Part shown: positions 38,760 through 51,699 of the stretch, piece by piece
Layout of the letters: each line of letters starts with the position of its first letter
How positions within the stretch are numbered: position 1 is the stretch's first letter
Origin: Sphyrna mokarran
Taxonomy: Eukaryota
Length of the DNA: 64,000 bases
Direction: 5' to 3'
NCBI GenBank assembly: GCA_024679065.1
Contig: JAGIQG010000003.1
Location: 84,630,001-84,694,000, forward strand
Notes under the pieces: model-generated
What the model was told of the DNA's origin: nothing
Seen by the model: the letters and a program-made list of their open reading frames with translations, nothing else
Databases searched by the model: none
Program-made: the position numbers and the translations under genes

Positions 38760-40450
38760 AAGGACTTAGCTATGCTAGTTGGATACAGGTTCAGATCATT
38801 TTTTACTCGTGACAAAAATTAAGATGGAACTGAAAATATCAAAAAAGGAAAATATGTGAAACTGTTTAGACACTGATTCGTTAAAAAGTGAGAACATCAG
38901 AAGGGGAGCAATGGCTCAAAATTAAAGAATCAACAGAAGTGTGGAACAAGAAATAAAAAGAAGCAAATTGGAAAATATGAGAGAAGGTATGCAACATGCT
39001 GCAAAGGAAATATTACCAAAATGGAAAAGAAAAGGAGACAAGAGTGGATGGCAGATGAGATACTAAGAATGACAGAAAGAGGAACAAAAAGAAATACAGA
39101 GTATGATGAAATTGAAAAGGAAATAAAGAATGCATGTAGACAGGCTAAAGAGAAATGGTGCAATGTGATGTGTGATTCAGTAACAACTCTCAAAATGAGT
39201 TAATGTATCGGAAGATGAAAGTGTTGACAGGTAGAAAGGAAGGAATAACAGATTGTGGGTGCAGAAAAGACAAAGGTAGTTAAAATATTGTTTGAATGGG
39301 ATGCAGTAGCAAGAAGATGGACAGAATATGTACACAAATTTTGATGATCCTAATCAAGGGAGTCCTCAAGACATGGAGGCAATCAATTGTCCAAACATTA
39401 TGCCAAGATAGTGTGCTCTAAAATTGATTAGAACAAGCAAAGCTCCAAGTGTAGATGAAGTAAGAAGAAACTGTCTACAAGCTCTTGGAGAAACAGAATT
39501 AAAGTGATAACTGTGATAATTTGTAATCAAATATGTACCAAAGGATACGTTACAAATGACTTGACTTGTTACCTAAGAAACCTAAAGACATGGAGTGCAA
39601 TCAGTTTATAACTAAAATCTTAATGGAAAGAAATAATGACACATGAAGCAGAAATTGGTGAAACACAGTTTGAATTTAGATTGGAGTAGGAACAGAACTT
39701 AACTCTTAGACAATCTCCAATAAATGTATAGAAGTAAAAAGAAAACACATGCTTCGCCAATTATGAAGAAGCCAAAAGCTCTCACCAAAAGCTAACGGAC
39801 ATTGCTGAAATGTGACATTGATTGTAAAGATGTGAAAATTATTGGGACCAATTGGAAAACATTATGGTAGATGGACAATCTGATGTGTTTCAAATGGCAA
39901 CAGGAGTACAACAATACTGTGTACTATTATAAAAATTTGGGTACAAGAGCAATATTCAGACAATTTGATGTACTTCCAGGAGTAAAAAGAGAAGGCAAGA
40001 AAGTAAACTTGCAATGTGCAGCACAGCATTACTGTCAAAATCAGAAGATCCTACTTGATCTGAGGTATTTTAGAAATTTGGAAAATTGATTATGAAGACA
40101 AAAAAATTGGTAGTTAGAAGAAATACATTAGAAGAAACTAGTGAAAATTAAAGTGAATGATGGTAGTCTGGAACAAATAAGTTTGTCTATTTGGGACAAA
40201 TGATAACAGAAGATATTGGAGGTGATGCTGAAATTAGGAGGAGGATAGAAGTAGACAGAATTTTGTGAAGGTGAAGTTTATGTAAATAGGAAAGCTTAAA
40301 CTTGTAACACAAGATGCTACATTCTAATCTACTTTTCTGTCCGCCTCAGAAACCTGGACAAAAAAATGCGTGGAAGATAATAGAGCCCTGTGAATGACAC
40401 AGATTCCATAGACAGAGTCTAAGACAAATGAAGAGTGCACTGAAATTACG
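38760..40450 (+). mobile_element. decayed RTE-clade LINE
   Basis: RQEWMADEILRM..EYDEIEKEIKNACRQAKEKW, KAPSVDE, gatgctgaaattaggaggaggatagaa (DAEIRRRIE); purine-rich, many stops. Confidence 0.7.
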
Positions 40451-40627
40451 GTTGGGTGGGGGGAAAGCACAGATGTGGTAGATGTAATGCAGCTGAAATG
40501 AATGATGAAATCTGGGTTTGTTTGCTGCAACTTCCCACTCTGATTTACACACTTGCCATGTTAATATTTTCCAGTGTTTTATGTAATTCCCTTGGGTTTC
40601 CTGACTAATCCCTTCATTTCTTTCCAG

Positions 40628-40792
40628 GTAGAAATGGGACCTTTCAAACACACAGTAGATGATGGGCTTGACATTAGGAAAGCTGCTTTTGAATGTATGT
40701 ACACCTTATTGGACAGCTGCCTCGACAGGCTGGACATCTTTGAGTTTCTGAACCATGTGGAAGATGGGTTAAAAGATCATTATGATATCAAG
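40628..40792 (+). CDS. CAND2: CAND exon 13, 165 nt
   Basis: ttccag|GTA ... ATC AAG|gtaaat; [35 protein letters not shown]. Confidence 0.96.
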
Positions 40793-41137
40793 GTAAATGA
40801 GCTTATCCATAAGTGCCCCAAAGGGGTGCTCTTGCACAGGGGACATGTAAGGGTGTGGTGGTGAATGGTCAAGGGTGTGGTGACGAGCAGCGGTGTGACT
40901 GCAGGTAAGTTGTTCAAAATGAATTGATTTGATACTATGGGAAGTTAACCTTAGAATCCAGGTCCCTTCACTCTGCTGTGTTCATGTTCTGGCAGTAATA
41001 TATGAGGACACTTGGTTACCTGACTTGCAGGTGATCAGACTCTGGTAATCGACCTTTCAGCCTCGCCCAATCTAGTATTGTGAATTTTACTTTTTGGTTC
41101 CTTCTGAAATAACTTCATTTTTCTTCCTGGCTTGCAG

Positions 41138-41245
41138 ATGCTGACTTTCATCATGTTGGCGCGATTGTCGGCTGTTAGCCCCAGTGCCGTGCTTCAGAGA
41201 TTAGACAGACTGGTGGAGCCCCTGCGTGCAACCTGCACTACTAAG
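41138..41245 (+). CDS. CAND2: CAND exon 14, 108 nt
   Basis: ttgcag|ATG ... ACT AAG|gtgagc; [36 protein letters not shown]. Confidence 0.95.
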
Positions 41246-41259
41246 GTGAGCCTTTGTTC

Positions 41260-42180
41260 ATGGGATGGAAGCATTGCTGGCAAGAGCAGCATTTGTTGCC
41301 CATCTTTAATTGTTCTTGAGAAGAAAGTGTTGAGCTACTTTCTATTAGTAAGTGCTGTTAGAAAGTTTAAGACAAGGTTATTGAGTAAGTGACGCTCTAG
41401 GAATAGGTTCTAAGTCTGATATTATGCAGATAGGAGGGAAATTTGTAGGTAGTGGTCTCCTTATGTGTCTGTTTGTCACAAAAGGCTTGGTGAATTGGTG
41501 CGTAAATTTCCATGTGTGTCTCATTTGTGCCCTGCATGCCAGTGATGGAGGGAGTGAATGGTAAAGGTAATGGATGGAGTGCAAATCAAATGGCTGTTTT
41601 GTCCTGGAGGTATTGAACTTTAAGTGTTGTCTGAGCAGTACTCAGTCAAACAGTTGGAGAATATTCCATCACACTTCAGACTGGTGTCTCGCAGAAGATG
41701 GAAATATTTTGGAGAATCAGCAAGTGAGTTACTTAGTGCAAAATTTATTGACTTCTGACTTGCTCTTATAGCCACATTATTTATACAGCTAGTCCATTTC
41801 AGTTTCTAGTTACTATTAACACCCAGGATGTTGATAGTGGGGAATTCAGTGATAGTAATGCCATTGAATGACAAGGAATAATGCTTAAATTCTCTCTTAG
41901 AGATGGTCATTGACTTCCACTTGTGTGATATAAATGTTACTTGCCACTTACCAGCACAGGTTTGAATATTGTCCTGATCTTATTGCATATGGACATACGG
42001 AGTCGTGAATGATGCTGAACGTTATGCAGTCATCAACGATCATCCCCACTTCTGACCTTATGATGGGAGAAGGGTTATTGATGATGTAGCTGATGGTAGT
42101 GTACATGGGACACTGCTAGGCAAACTCATGCAGCAGTGTCCTTGAGTTGAGATAATAGATCTCCAAGTCCTTGCCAGGGA
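41260..42180 (-). mobile_element. old LINE 3' fragment (partner-type tail of the second SINE family)
   Basis: tail ttgttcatgggatggaagcattgctggc..gcatttgttgccc; RT-like aatgttacttgccactta, gtcatcaacgatcat. Confidence 0.6.
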
Positions 42181-42725
42181 TTGCTAAACACTTTTTTCAG
42201 TGAAGGTTATCATAATATCCACATAGATAATTAGCCAGCAATATGCTTGTTGGATTTAAATCTTTAAGCTGAAAGGAAGGGAGGGAAAGTTATAAAGGCC
42301 TAAGAGAAAATAACAGAAAGGAAGCTGAGATGGAGAGTTGGTCATACCACTGGGGAGAATTCTAAAGGCATTTTATTCCCTGTCTTGTAATGGGAGTGCA
42401 GTACGTGGATAATTCCTTACGAGAACCAGCACAGATATATAGTTAGACTGGCCTTCTTATGGGCTGTAATAATTATGATGCTATTCTGTTTGGAGGAAAT
42501 TTGTGGGATTAAAAGTTCCAAGTAACAAGTTCAGCCAGGTGGAGGATGGTGGTTCATAGGGACTGATTACATTTCCATTCAAGGCAAAAGCAGTGGATGG
42601 GCCCGCAGAATATTCTGGAACGGGGTGGAGATGTAGCAACATGTCCATGGTGAAGAGACATTTAGGGACAGGAGGGCCTTCAAAGTGTTGTAGATGTAGA
42701 TGGGTAGGAACTAAACAAATGGATA

Positions 42726-43900
42726 AAATAGAACATAGAACATTACAGCGCAGTACAGGCCCTTCGGCCCTTGATGTTGAGCCGGTCAGTGGATCCTCTC
42801 ACCTAAACTATTCCAATATCATCCATGTGCCTATCCACCGAACATTTGAATGCCCCCAAAGTAGGCGAGTCCACAACTGCTGCAGGCAGGGTATTCCACG
42901 CCCTCACCACCCTCTGTGGGAAGAACCTGCCTCTGACATCCGTCCTATAACTACCACCTCTTAATTTAAAGTTATGTCCCCTCGTGTTGGTCATCACCAT
43001 CCGAGGAAAAAGGCTCTCACTATCCACCCTATCCAATCCCTTGATCATCTTATACGCCTCAATTAGGTCACCGCGTAACCTTCTTCTCTCTAATGAAAAT
43101 AACCTCAGGTCCCTCAGCCTTTCCTCATAAGGCCTTCCCACCATACCAGGCAACATCCTGGTAAACCTCCTCTGCACCCTTTCCAATGCTTCCACATCTT
43201 TCTTATAATGCAGCGACCAGAACTGTACGCAATACTCCAAGTGCGGCCGCACCAGAGTTTTGTACAGTTGTAACATAACCTCACGGCTCCTAAATTCAAT
43301 CCCTCTACCAATAAAAGCTAACACACCGTACGCCTTCTTAACAACTTTATCAACCTGGGTGCCAACTTTCAAAGAGCTATGTACTTGTACCCCAAGATCC
43401 CTCTGCTCGACAACACTATTAAGGGTCCTTCCATTAGCCCTATATTTCATATGCCTGTTATTCCTACCAAAGTGAATCACCTCACACTTATCCGTATTGA
43501 ATTCCATTTGCCACCTCACGGCCCAGCTCTGCAACCTATCTATGTCCCTCTGCAAACTGTAACATCCATCCTCGCTGTCTACAACTCCCCCCACTTTGGT
43601 ATTGTCAGCAAATTTACTAATCCAACCATCTACACCCTCATCTAGGTCATTTATAAAAATGACAAACAGCAGTGGCCCTAAAACAGATCCTTGAGTACAC
43701 CACTTGTAACTGCACTCCAGGTTGAATATTTCCCATCAACCACCACCCTCTGTCTTCTATCAGCTACCCAATTCCTAATCCAAACTGCTAAATCACCTGC
43801 AATCCCATGCATCTGCACTTTCTGCAGTAGCCTACCATGGGGAAATTATCAATGCTTTGCTAAAATCCATATACACTACATCAACTGCCTTACCCTTATC
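42726..43900 (-). mobile_element. relatively young CR1 3' fragment (263-aa open RT C-terminus)
   Basis: LQRDIDRLQSWAVRWQMEFNTDKC...LYKTLVRPHLEYCVQFW; tail (ATAGAAC)n on +. Confidence 0.93.
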
Positions 43901-44989
43901 TAAGTGATGAATAGGGAAGATATCAGTTTTAAGGGTCAAAAAACAAGCTGAAGTGACAAGTCTACCAGAACAGTATTCTCTGTGGATCTTGGGTGAAGTA
44001 GATGTGGGCTTTAGAGAATCAAGGGATGATTTCCAGAGAAGATGATGCCAGTGATCGTCTGAGAAATGAGTTGAAGCTTTTTGCCGGAGGATATAGCCCA
44101 ATGAGAGATAGAAGGAGTTTTCAATAGAATGGGATAACAGCAATAAGGTGTTATCATTGAATCATAGTTAACAGGTGAAGAACCGCAAGTGTACAGAACA
44201 CCCAGAATAGGAGAGGGACATTAAGACCCATGAGAAGGCTTTACTTTGGACAAGCACCTATCCTGCTCATTACTGCACTCCCATCCTTTCTACATATCCT
44301 TGTGCATTCCTCCTTTTTCAATTGTTAGAACATTAACAAAATGTCAAAGATTATGGCACAGAAGGAGCCATTCTGCCCATCATGTCTCTGTTGCGAAATG
44401 TGCCACCCAGCCTCACCCATTTTCCAGCACTTGGTCCTGGAGGTTCCAGAATTACAGGTGCATATACAGACATCTTTTTAAATGAAATGAGAGTTTCTGC
44501 CTCTTTTATCCTTTTCAGACAATGAGTTCCACATCTCCATCTCCTGAATGAAAGCAGTTTTCTCCACTCTTATCCATCTATCACTCACTTTAAATCTGTA
44601 AATAGTTCTGAGAAAGTGTCATCTGGACTTGAAACATTAGTTCGGTTCTGTCTCCACAGATGCTGTCGGATCTGCTGAGATTTTCCAGCATTTTCTGCTT
44701 TTGTCAATCTAAATCACTGATCTCTCTGCAAAGGGATGTATGATCTTCTCTTCAACCTTGTACAATTTCCCTATAGCAACAATATTAATATTGGAACCTG
44801 TATGGATAACAGCTATTACCTTGAGATGGTGGAATTGTTTCACTCATGATTAGGTCTTCTCCTTCCCCTTTGTTTTCTGATGGGACTAGTTGTGCTTTTT
44901 CCAGCTCTTGACCTGAACAAGAAAATTTCAACAGCTATGCTTCCAATTTTCACCTCTCTCCCTCTTTCTGCTCTTCCTTTCCTTCCTCA

Positions 44990-45250
44990 GCTTCTCTGTC
45001 TATTTCTGAGGATAATCTATCAACTAGTCTCTACTCATAAGCCAAAATAACTCCTGAAGCCACCTTGACTGAATTTCCTCCCGCTGTGCTGCTTATAAGG
45101 ATTCCATTCTCCCAGTTTCTCCATCTCTGGCATGTCTTCTCACAATGCCAATTTCCACGCCAATTTCCTTATTTGCTCAAATGATTCCCCCTGCCTCACC
45201 AAACATTGTTAATTAGGTCCTTAATTTCCTTGCCCCCGTGCACTCATTTG
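44990..45250 (+). mobile_element. decayed Penelope-like RT thumb remnant
   Basis: taaggattccattctcccagtttctccatctc resembles the PLE motif KDSIP.SQFLRLRRICS. Confidence 0.45.
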
Positions 45251-45419
45251 CTTGATGTCTTTCCCAAAATGATGTGCAATAACTGGACACTATTATAATT
45301 GTGACCTAACCAATGGTTTCTACAGGTTTAATATGGCCTCGATTTGACTCCCATTTGTATTTCTGCACATTGTCGTATCCACATTTACAGGTATAATGCT
45401 GATTTGCCTTCTCTTGCAG

Positions 45420-45647
45420 GTAAAGGCTAACTCAGTGAAGCAGGAATTTGAGAAGCAGGATGAGCTGAAACGCTCGGCGATGAGGGCAGTAGCAGCTTTG
45501 CTGACCATCCCAGAGGCCGAGAAGAGCGCACTGATGGCGGAGTTCCAGTCGCAAATCCGGTCCAACCCAGAGATGGCAGCCATTTTTGAAAGCATTCAGA
45601 AAGACAACACATCAGCAAGTAGTACAGAAACAATGGACCTGAGCTAA
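45420..45647 (+). CDS. CAND2: CAND last coding exon (15), ending at TAA
   Basis: ttgcag|GTA AAG GCT; [28 protein letters not shown]...STETMDLS*. Confidence 0.95.
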   Translation, partial: VKANSVKQEFEKQDELKRSAMRAVAALLTIPEAEKSALMAEFQSQIRSNPEMAAIFESIQKDNTSASSTETMDLS

Positions 45648-47766
45648 AAAAAAACAAACCAAAAGGATCTAAACAAGATGCTTTGGCTTCATAACTAACT
45701 CCTGTGTGATATTATTTATATCTTGCCATTTGTTTTTTTTTCTGTTGTTGCAGCCCCTCCTATCAGCACAATGGCTGGTATAATGGGTTGGTAGTCTCTG
45801 TTGCCTTTGCATGACTTTTGTTTCTGGATGTTGGTGCTCACAACATGGTCCATATAGTGTGCCCTCTGCCACACCTGACATCCACCTACTTGTTGAATGT
45901 TGGGAATCTCGAGGGTGACTGTTGCTCATACTTGGACTCATTCTCCCTATTGGGAAGAAAGGGGCAAACAGCTGTGGGAGGGAAAGCAATTGAAGGGTCC
46001 TAACTTGAGCATTATTGAAGTGGCCTCATGAGGCACAAAATGAAGCCTCTGAAGTTTGGAGATGTGCCTGGTATCTTCTCGCCCTAACCAAAGAAGATTT
46101 TCAAATTTGGCATTACTTTTCAGCTGTCCTATTTTACTTGCATGTCCAGAAACTAAATTTATTGGTTGCTGAAAGGTTATATGCTCACTGAGTACTGACC
46201 TGAATTCTACCATTTCAACGATAGGCTAGCTGATTCAGTGCATGTTTCAGCCTCTTTTCTGGATGTAGTGCTCACAGAATGATCTAGGAGGCTCAACCAC
46301 TTACCAGATGAGAATGCAGGGCTGTCAGCAATGGTTGCATTTGCAGCATTTTTTAATGGGAAGGCAGGAAAAGAACTGATTATATGGAGGTGAAGAAATA
46401 AGAGTGGAAAGGACGGTTAACTGAACAAGTCTGCTGGAAGATAGTTACAAGACTGATTTAGACCCTGGTGTAACATCAGATGTGTTGGCAACAGTAGCTC
46501 ACAAATGCAACCTGACCATTGCTGTTCTGTCTGAATGGACCATTTTAGTCACATTGGCCTGGCAATTTTGGGTAATTTTTCCAATCTTTACTGCATTTCT
46601 TACTGCAGACAGAATGATTTACTTGCTGCATGGAATGAAAACTGAAGGTAACAATAGTTTGGGACTTGAACCCCTAGACGGTGGCTTGGGTGGCAGATTG
46701 CATTTCTCTTGGCCGTAGGCTGCAGGCAGAGTATATCTCTTTCAGTGGTGGTTGCTGCATTCCCTGCTTCTAACTACCACTACTAAGCCAACTGCCTGCC
46801 TGAGCATCTTTTTTAGTTTCAACTTTCAACAGCCATGCTCTCCTGATGAGGAACTTGGACTGAGATGAGCTGTGCTTTAGCTCCTACTCCCTCTCAACAT
46901 TGGGCAGGGGGTGGAGGGAAGAAACATTTGTTTTGAAACATTTCCATTTTTACCACATGGGAGCAGTTCATTAGGGAATGAAAATGATGCAAGCAAGTCA
47001 CTTTCTCTCTCTATAGAATGAACGGAAGTGAATTATCTCCCTGAAGATTGCAGCTAAAGCACATGCATGTTCTACTTCTCTGCTCTCTGACGCAGCTATT
47101 TCGCTAATGCTAAATGTCATGCGATACAACACCAGGCTCTTTTAAGAAATAAAATCTGAATTAGATGGAAGAGTCCATTTGTGCAATGCACTGTTAAACC
47201 TGGGGTCCTGATGTGAAGTAGTCTACTTGGGCTCCCAGTGTCAACTTTCAGGTATTCATCAGTATTGGATTTGGGAAGTTTAAAAACAATGGGGTAGAGA
47301 CTGAGTGGTGGTGATTAACATGCAGATATCTCCAGCTTGTAAATAAATCACCCATTAATTCCAAATGCGTTAGTGGCACCTAATGTCACCTTGCTGTGGC
47401 AACTGTCACATATGTAAAACTGTGGCAGACAGCTTGATATTAGGTCTGTTTGATCTTTCAGTTGTGTTCAATTGAAATATTGGCTGCCCATCAAGCACTG
47501 GACCAGATGGAGTGCTGCTAAATAAGTCTTGTGGTATCTTGGATCTATAAGCTTAACATGCAAGATGACTTGAACAGTTTGCAAGCTATAAATGTGATGT
47601 TTTTTGAACCTGATCAGCCACAAAATGTACTGGAAAACTGCCACAAAGCAATATAGTGACTCGTTTGCAACTTTTCCAGTTTTTTTTAAAAAGTCAAAGG
47701 CAATTGTCAATATGGGAGTGTTATATTAAAAGTTCATGAATATTTTGGAGCAAATGGTATTATAAA

Positions 47767-47772
47767 AATAAA
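47767..47772 (+). promoter_or_regulatory. probable polyadenylation signal of the CAND gene (3'UTR ~2.1 kb)
   Basis: AATAAA followed ~15-40 nt later by GT-rich sequence (ggggttgtttgagggtt); other AATAAA at 47148 and 47342. Confidence 0.5.
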
Positions 47773-48744
47773 GATTGAAGCACGGGGTTGTTTGAGGGTT
47801 CTGCTGTATATTGTGCATGCCTTGTTAGAGGCGTGAGGGAATCGCCTGTTAGTCTGCTACTCTGCCTTGAGTGATTGAACCTGTATTAGTGAAGAGAAAT
47901 CAAAGCATCTCAAGGTAAGTGACTTCTGTCACATACTGACTTCCTTTTAACTACTGCTTTTTCCACAATCAGATGACTAGTGTCAAAAACTCAGCAGGGT
48001 GAAAAAGATTTCCTGTATCTATCACTTCATTTTCAGCTGGGATTCATGGATGTTAAAGATGAGCTAGGTTTTGACACTTGCTGCACCCCAGTGTTTACAA
48101 ACTTGTACATAGTGTTCATCACATAACTTGCCAATCTAAGACCATTGCCATCTTGTTTACTCATTCACCAGCTGCAGTCAGGTATATGGTTATGCTTTGT
48201 TTCATCTGGTCCTGTTCACTAATTCAGGAGATGGGAATGTACCATCATTTAGGGTGGTGCAAGAAGTCCAAATTACTGGAATACAAAATGTTCAATAGTG
48301 AGTACCATTTAAAAAAAATCTCATTCCCTTATTGCCCAATAGTGTAGCACTGGGACTAGGAAATGCCAGACTGATTGCTACCTACAGCAAAATACAGGAT
48401 GAGGAAGAGTTTAGAGCTCATTCTCCCTCCCCCTGCCTTCTCCCCTCCCTCCTTGTAAACTTTGTGCTTTCAATTTACTTGGATAGTGGGGGGGGGGGGG
48501 ATGTTACATCTTAAAATATTTAATACTCCTGTATTGAACAAGAACACTCATCAGCACTGGTAATTAGGTCTGCTTTGCAATCTGTGCCATTTTTGCACTT
48601 TATGTATACTTACCTCCTATGCTATATCTGCTCCATTTATGTAAAGTCTGGATTTAACCATCACTAGTTCACTTGCATGCATCCCTTGAGAGGTTCTACA
48701 AATGTACAGCTATTAATTTGAGAACTAAAGAAAGCATAACCTGT

Positions 48745-49675
48745 TGAGTCACGCCCAATGTGGGTTTCAACAGGGTCACAGCCTTGGTTCAAACGTGGAC
48801 AAATGAACTGAATTCCAAAGGTGAGGTGAATTGAGAATTACTCCTTTGTGTTAGGGATTGAGGTTATATATAAAAGGCCTGCTGTTAGTACAGGCTGCAT
48901 AGTCTTCTATACTACAGGAATTTTATGATGAGGTTACAAGTTTGCTGATTATTGCATGATGACTCATATTGAAGCAGTCAGGTTCAAATGCAACAGGTTT
49001 TGGACAATAGCTAGGCTTGAGCTGATAAGTGGCAAGTAACATTTATACCACACATGCAAAGCAATGACTGCTAATAAGAGACACTAATCACTACCCCTGG
49101 ACATTCAATTTTACCATCACTGAATTCTTCCCCCACTCAACATCCTTGAGGTTACCATTGACAAGGAACTTAACTGGACTCAGCTCAACCAGTGGGTACA
49201 AAAGCAGGTGAAGGATTTGGAATACTGCAGAGTAACTCACCTGGTTTTTTTTTCCCCCATCTGCAAGGTACAAGTCAGGAGTGTGATGGAAGATTCCTCC
49301 CTTATTTGGATGGGTGCAACTACTGAAGAAGCTTGATACCATTCAGGACAAAGCAGCCCATTTGAATGGCACCACACTTCCAAACTCCACCACTGACACT
49401 GGTGAATTTCCACATTTGCTGTTTACAAAATACAAAGATTCTTAGCACTTCCATACAGGCCAAGGGATACCTGCAAGTTTCCCTTGCTATCCTGACTTGG
49501 AAATACATTACTGTTCAAAATCCTGGAATTCTCTCCTGTGTGTCAAACCGTAGCCCATGCTCTTCAGGTGATTCAAAAAGGTAGCTCATCATTTTCAAGG
49601 ACAAAGAAATTGGCACCATTGGCTGGCCAACATTTATTGCCTATGTCCCACAAATGAACAAAGTTAGAGAAAAAG
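48745..49675 (+). mobile_element. old LINE 3' fragment in the intergenic gap
   Basis: aagtttgctgattattgc (FADD-like), ggctgataagtggcaagtaacattt, gcttgataccattcaggacaaagcagccc; same family as 41260-42180. Confidence 0.65.
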
Positions 49676-49966
49676 GCTGGCGCTTTAGTTAGCAGTAGCC
49701 CTAGCTGAGGGTTTATTTTAGAGGAAGGGGCTAGTTGGGGTTCCATACATAGATTCATACAAATATAAAGTGGCTTGTGAAAAAACTTACCATTTCAGAG
49801 ATGTAACTACTGCTATGGTGTGTAATAAAACCCTGTCTCCAACCATTAGTATAGGGCACTAGATTACCATTATACCATCTTCCCCAAACCAGTAATGCAT
49901 CAATTTGATTTTTTTCCATAGCATAGCAACACAAGGACTATACTCTGATCAAATGAGCAACTTGAT

Positions 49967-49972
49967 TTTATT
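49967..49972 (-). promoter_or_regulatory. probable polyadenylation signal of CCDC174
   Basis: TTTATT on + (AATAAA on -), about 450 nt after the stop codon. Confidence 0.5.
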
Positions 49973-50419
49973 AAAAGTGGAAAAGGGATGGGGTAGTGTG
50001 AAGTCAAGATCTTGTTCTGATAAAAAAATTCCATTCACTTTTCATGAATAAGCCAATGCCATCTAGTTATTTAGCCTAGAGATCACAGAAATCTGAAATT
50101 CCTAACAACTCCACAGTACCACAACCTCCCTCTTCCCACTTTAAGATTAGTCTTAAAACCCACTATTTCAACTGTGACAACCTAGCGATGGTGCTACAGT
50201 AATGCATATTCCTGTTACTATAAACAGAAAATTAAATGTGCTCCACTGAATAAGACAAGAGTCTAATTAAAACAGTGTGAAATGAAGACTGACAACTTCA
50301 ACAAAAGCAGAATGTAGAACAGAAAAGATTTTAACCTGATCCACACCCTGTGACAGCCAAAGCCAGGGTAAGGATAGAACAGTCTCTAATATGGCCTTGC
50401 CCTGCTGGCCCATCATTGC

Positions 50420-50697
50420 TCAGGTTGAATGTTTGTAATAAGACAACATATCATCCAGGGAGTTTATTCTTGCAGATTGATCCGCTTCCAAATTAGTTTG
50501 TGATGTTCCCACGTTTATGTACTGTTGTTGCCCATTTCGCTCAGGCCGTTGGTAGGAATATCTGGGATGGCCCTTCCAGCCTCCATGATCATTTGACCTC
50601 TTGAAATCTCTATAATATTCTGAAGGGGGTGCAAACTCTGATGGTCTCTCATCTCTGGGATCTGGATGATTCTTAGACCAGTATCCAAACAATACTT
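50420..50697 (-). CDS. CCDC174: CCDC174 last coding exon, ending at TGA
   Basis: ttccag|AA GTA TTG; FGYWSK..DERPSEFAPPSEY...LDDMLSYYKHST*. Confidence 0.92.
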
Positions 50698-51018
50698 CTG
50701 GAATGATTAAAAATAAAACACAAGTTAAAAGATTTGATGTATAACCTGCATCCTCAAAGTAAGTAGGAACAATGCACTTTAAATCATGTCTGCAGCAATG
50801 AATGGAAGGGTTAAGGAATGCTGGATCTCAATGCTATTCCTGGTCTATCACATTCTGATCTCTGTCAATTTCATAGAATGCAAAGCCAGGGAATCCATGC
50901 AGAATAATGCCCAACCTCCCTACTTTAAAGAACATCAATTAAATCTTCTACATTTTCTGAAGAATACCATGCTATTTGTCTTCCAACAGTGTTAATTCCT
51001 CCATTCGATACCAATCTA

Positions 51019-51213
<195 letters not shown>

Positions 51214-51699
51214 TTAGCTGTAAATTAACTGAGACCTTTATTGTAAAGAAATTGTAAAGGGCAAACCCTTGCATACCTTTTAGTGTTGAGCATCATATTC
51301 CTGCAACACCTTAAGCTCCAACATCGGAAGGAATTTTTGAAATGGTACTATATACTTTAAAATATACATCCTGTAGGCCTGAACCACATTATGTAGTTTT
51401 GATACCCTGCCTCAGAGCTACAGAACATGGACCTGCCCCCTCCTTAAAATCTTAAAGAGAAAAAGAATCAAAAAGCGAACCACCTAACTTCACACTTGCA
51501 CAGCTTCTCATGGAGTCACTGGCAGCACCTGAAGGATTCCAATCCATTAGCGTGGCTGGGCTAGTACATGGAATAAAGTGTGGCAAACAAACCAATGAAA
51601 AATTGAAAGGCAGGGTAGGGTAGTTGGAACATGATCAGAAACATAATTTTATTGACAGTGTATAATCAAATCTCATTTATATAAAAGTTGCATTTAACT

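Larger units (their letters stand above)
4592..45647 (+). other. CAND2: CAND-family gene (cullin-associated NEDD8-dissociated protein, probably CAND2); 5' exons lie upstream of the window
   Basis: 12 GT-AG exons totalling 3344 nt join in one frame into a HEAT-repeat CAND protein ([28 protein letters not shown]; DDDDMSWKVRR; [25 protein letters not shown]). The CAND2 call rests on the neighbour CCDC174 (both human 3p25) and the C-terminus ..TETMDLS; CAND1 is not excluded. Confidence 0.8.

Noticed and set aside
42803-43594. 263-aa RT-like ORF as a functional or domesticated gene
   Set aside because: It is the C-terminal part of a 5'-truncated CR1 ORF2 with a normal tail; it starts after the FADD motif and upstream sequence is disrupted.
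48740-48775. Small hairpin cctgttga...tcaacagg
   Set aside because: An 8-bp stem at the edge of a decayed LINE; too short for a miRNA precursor and likely chance.
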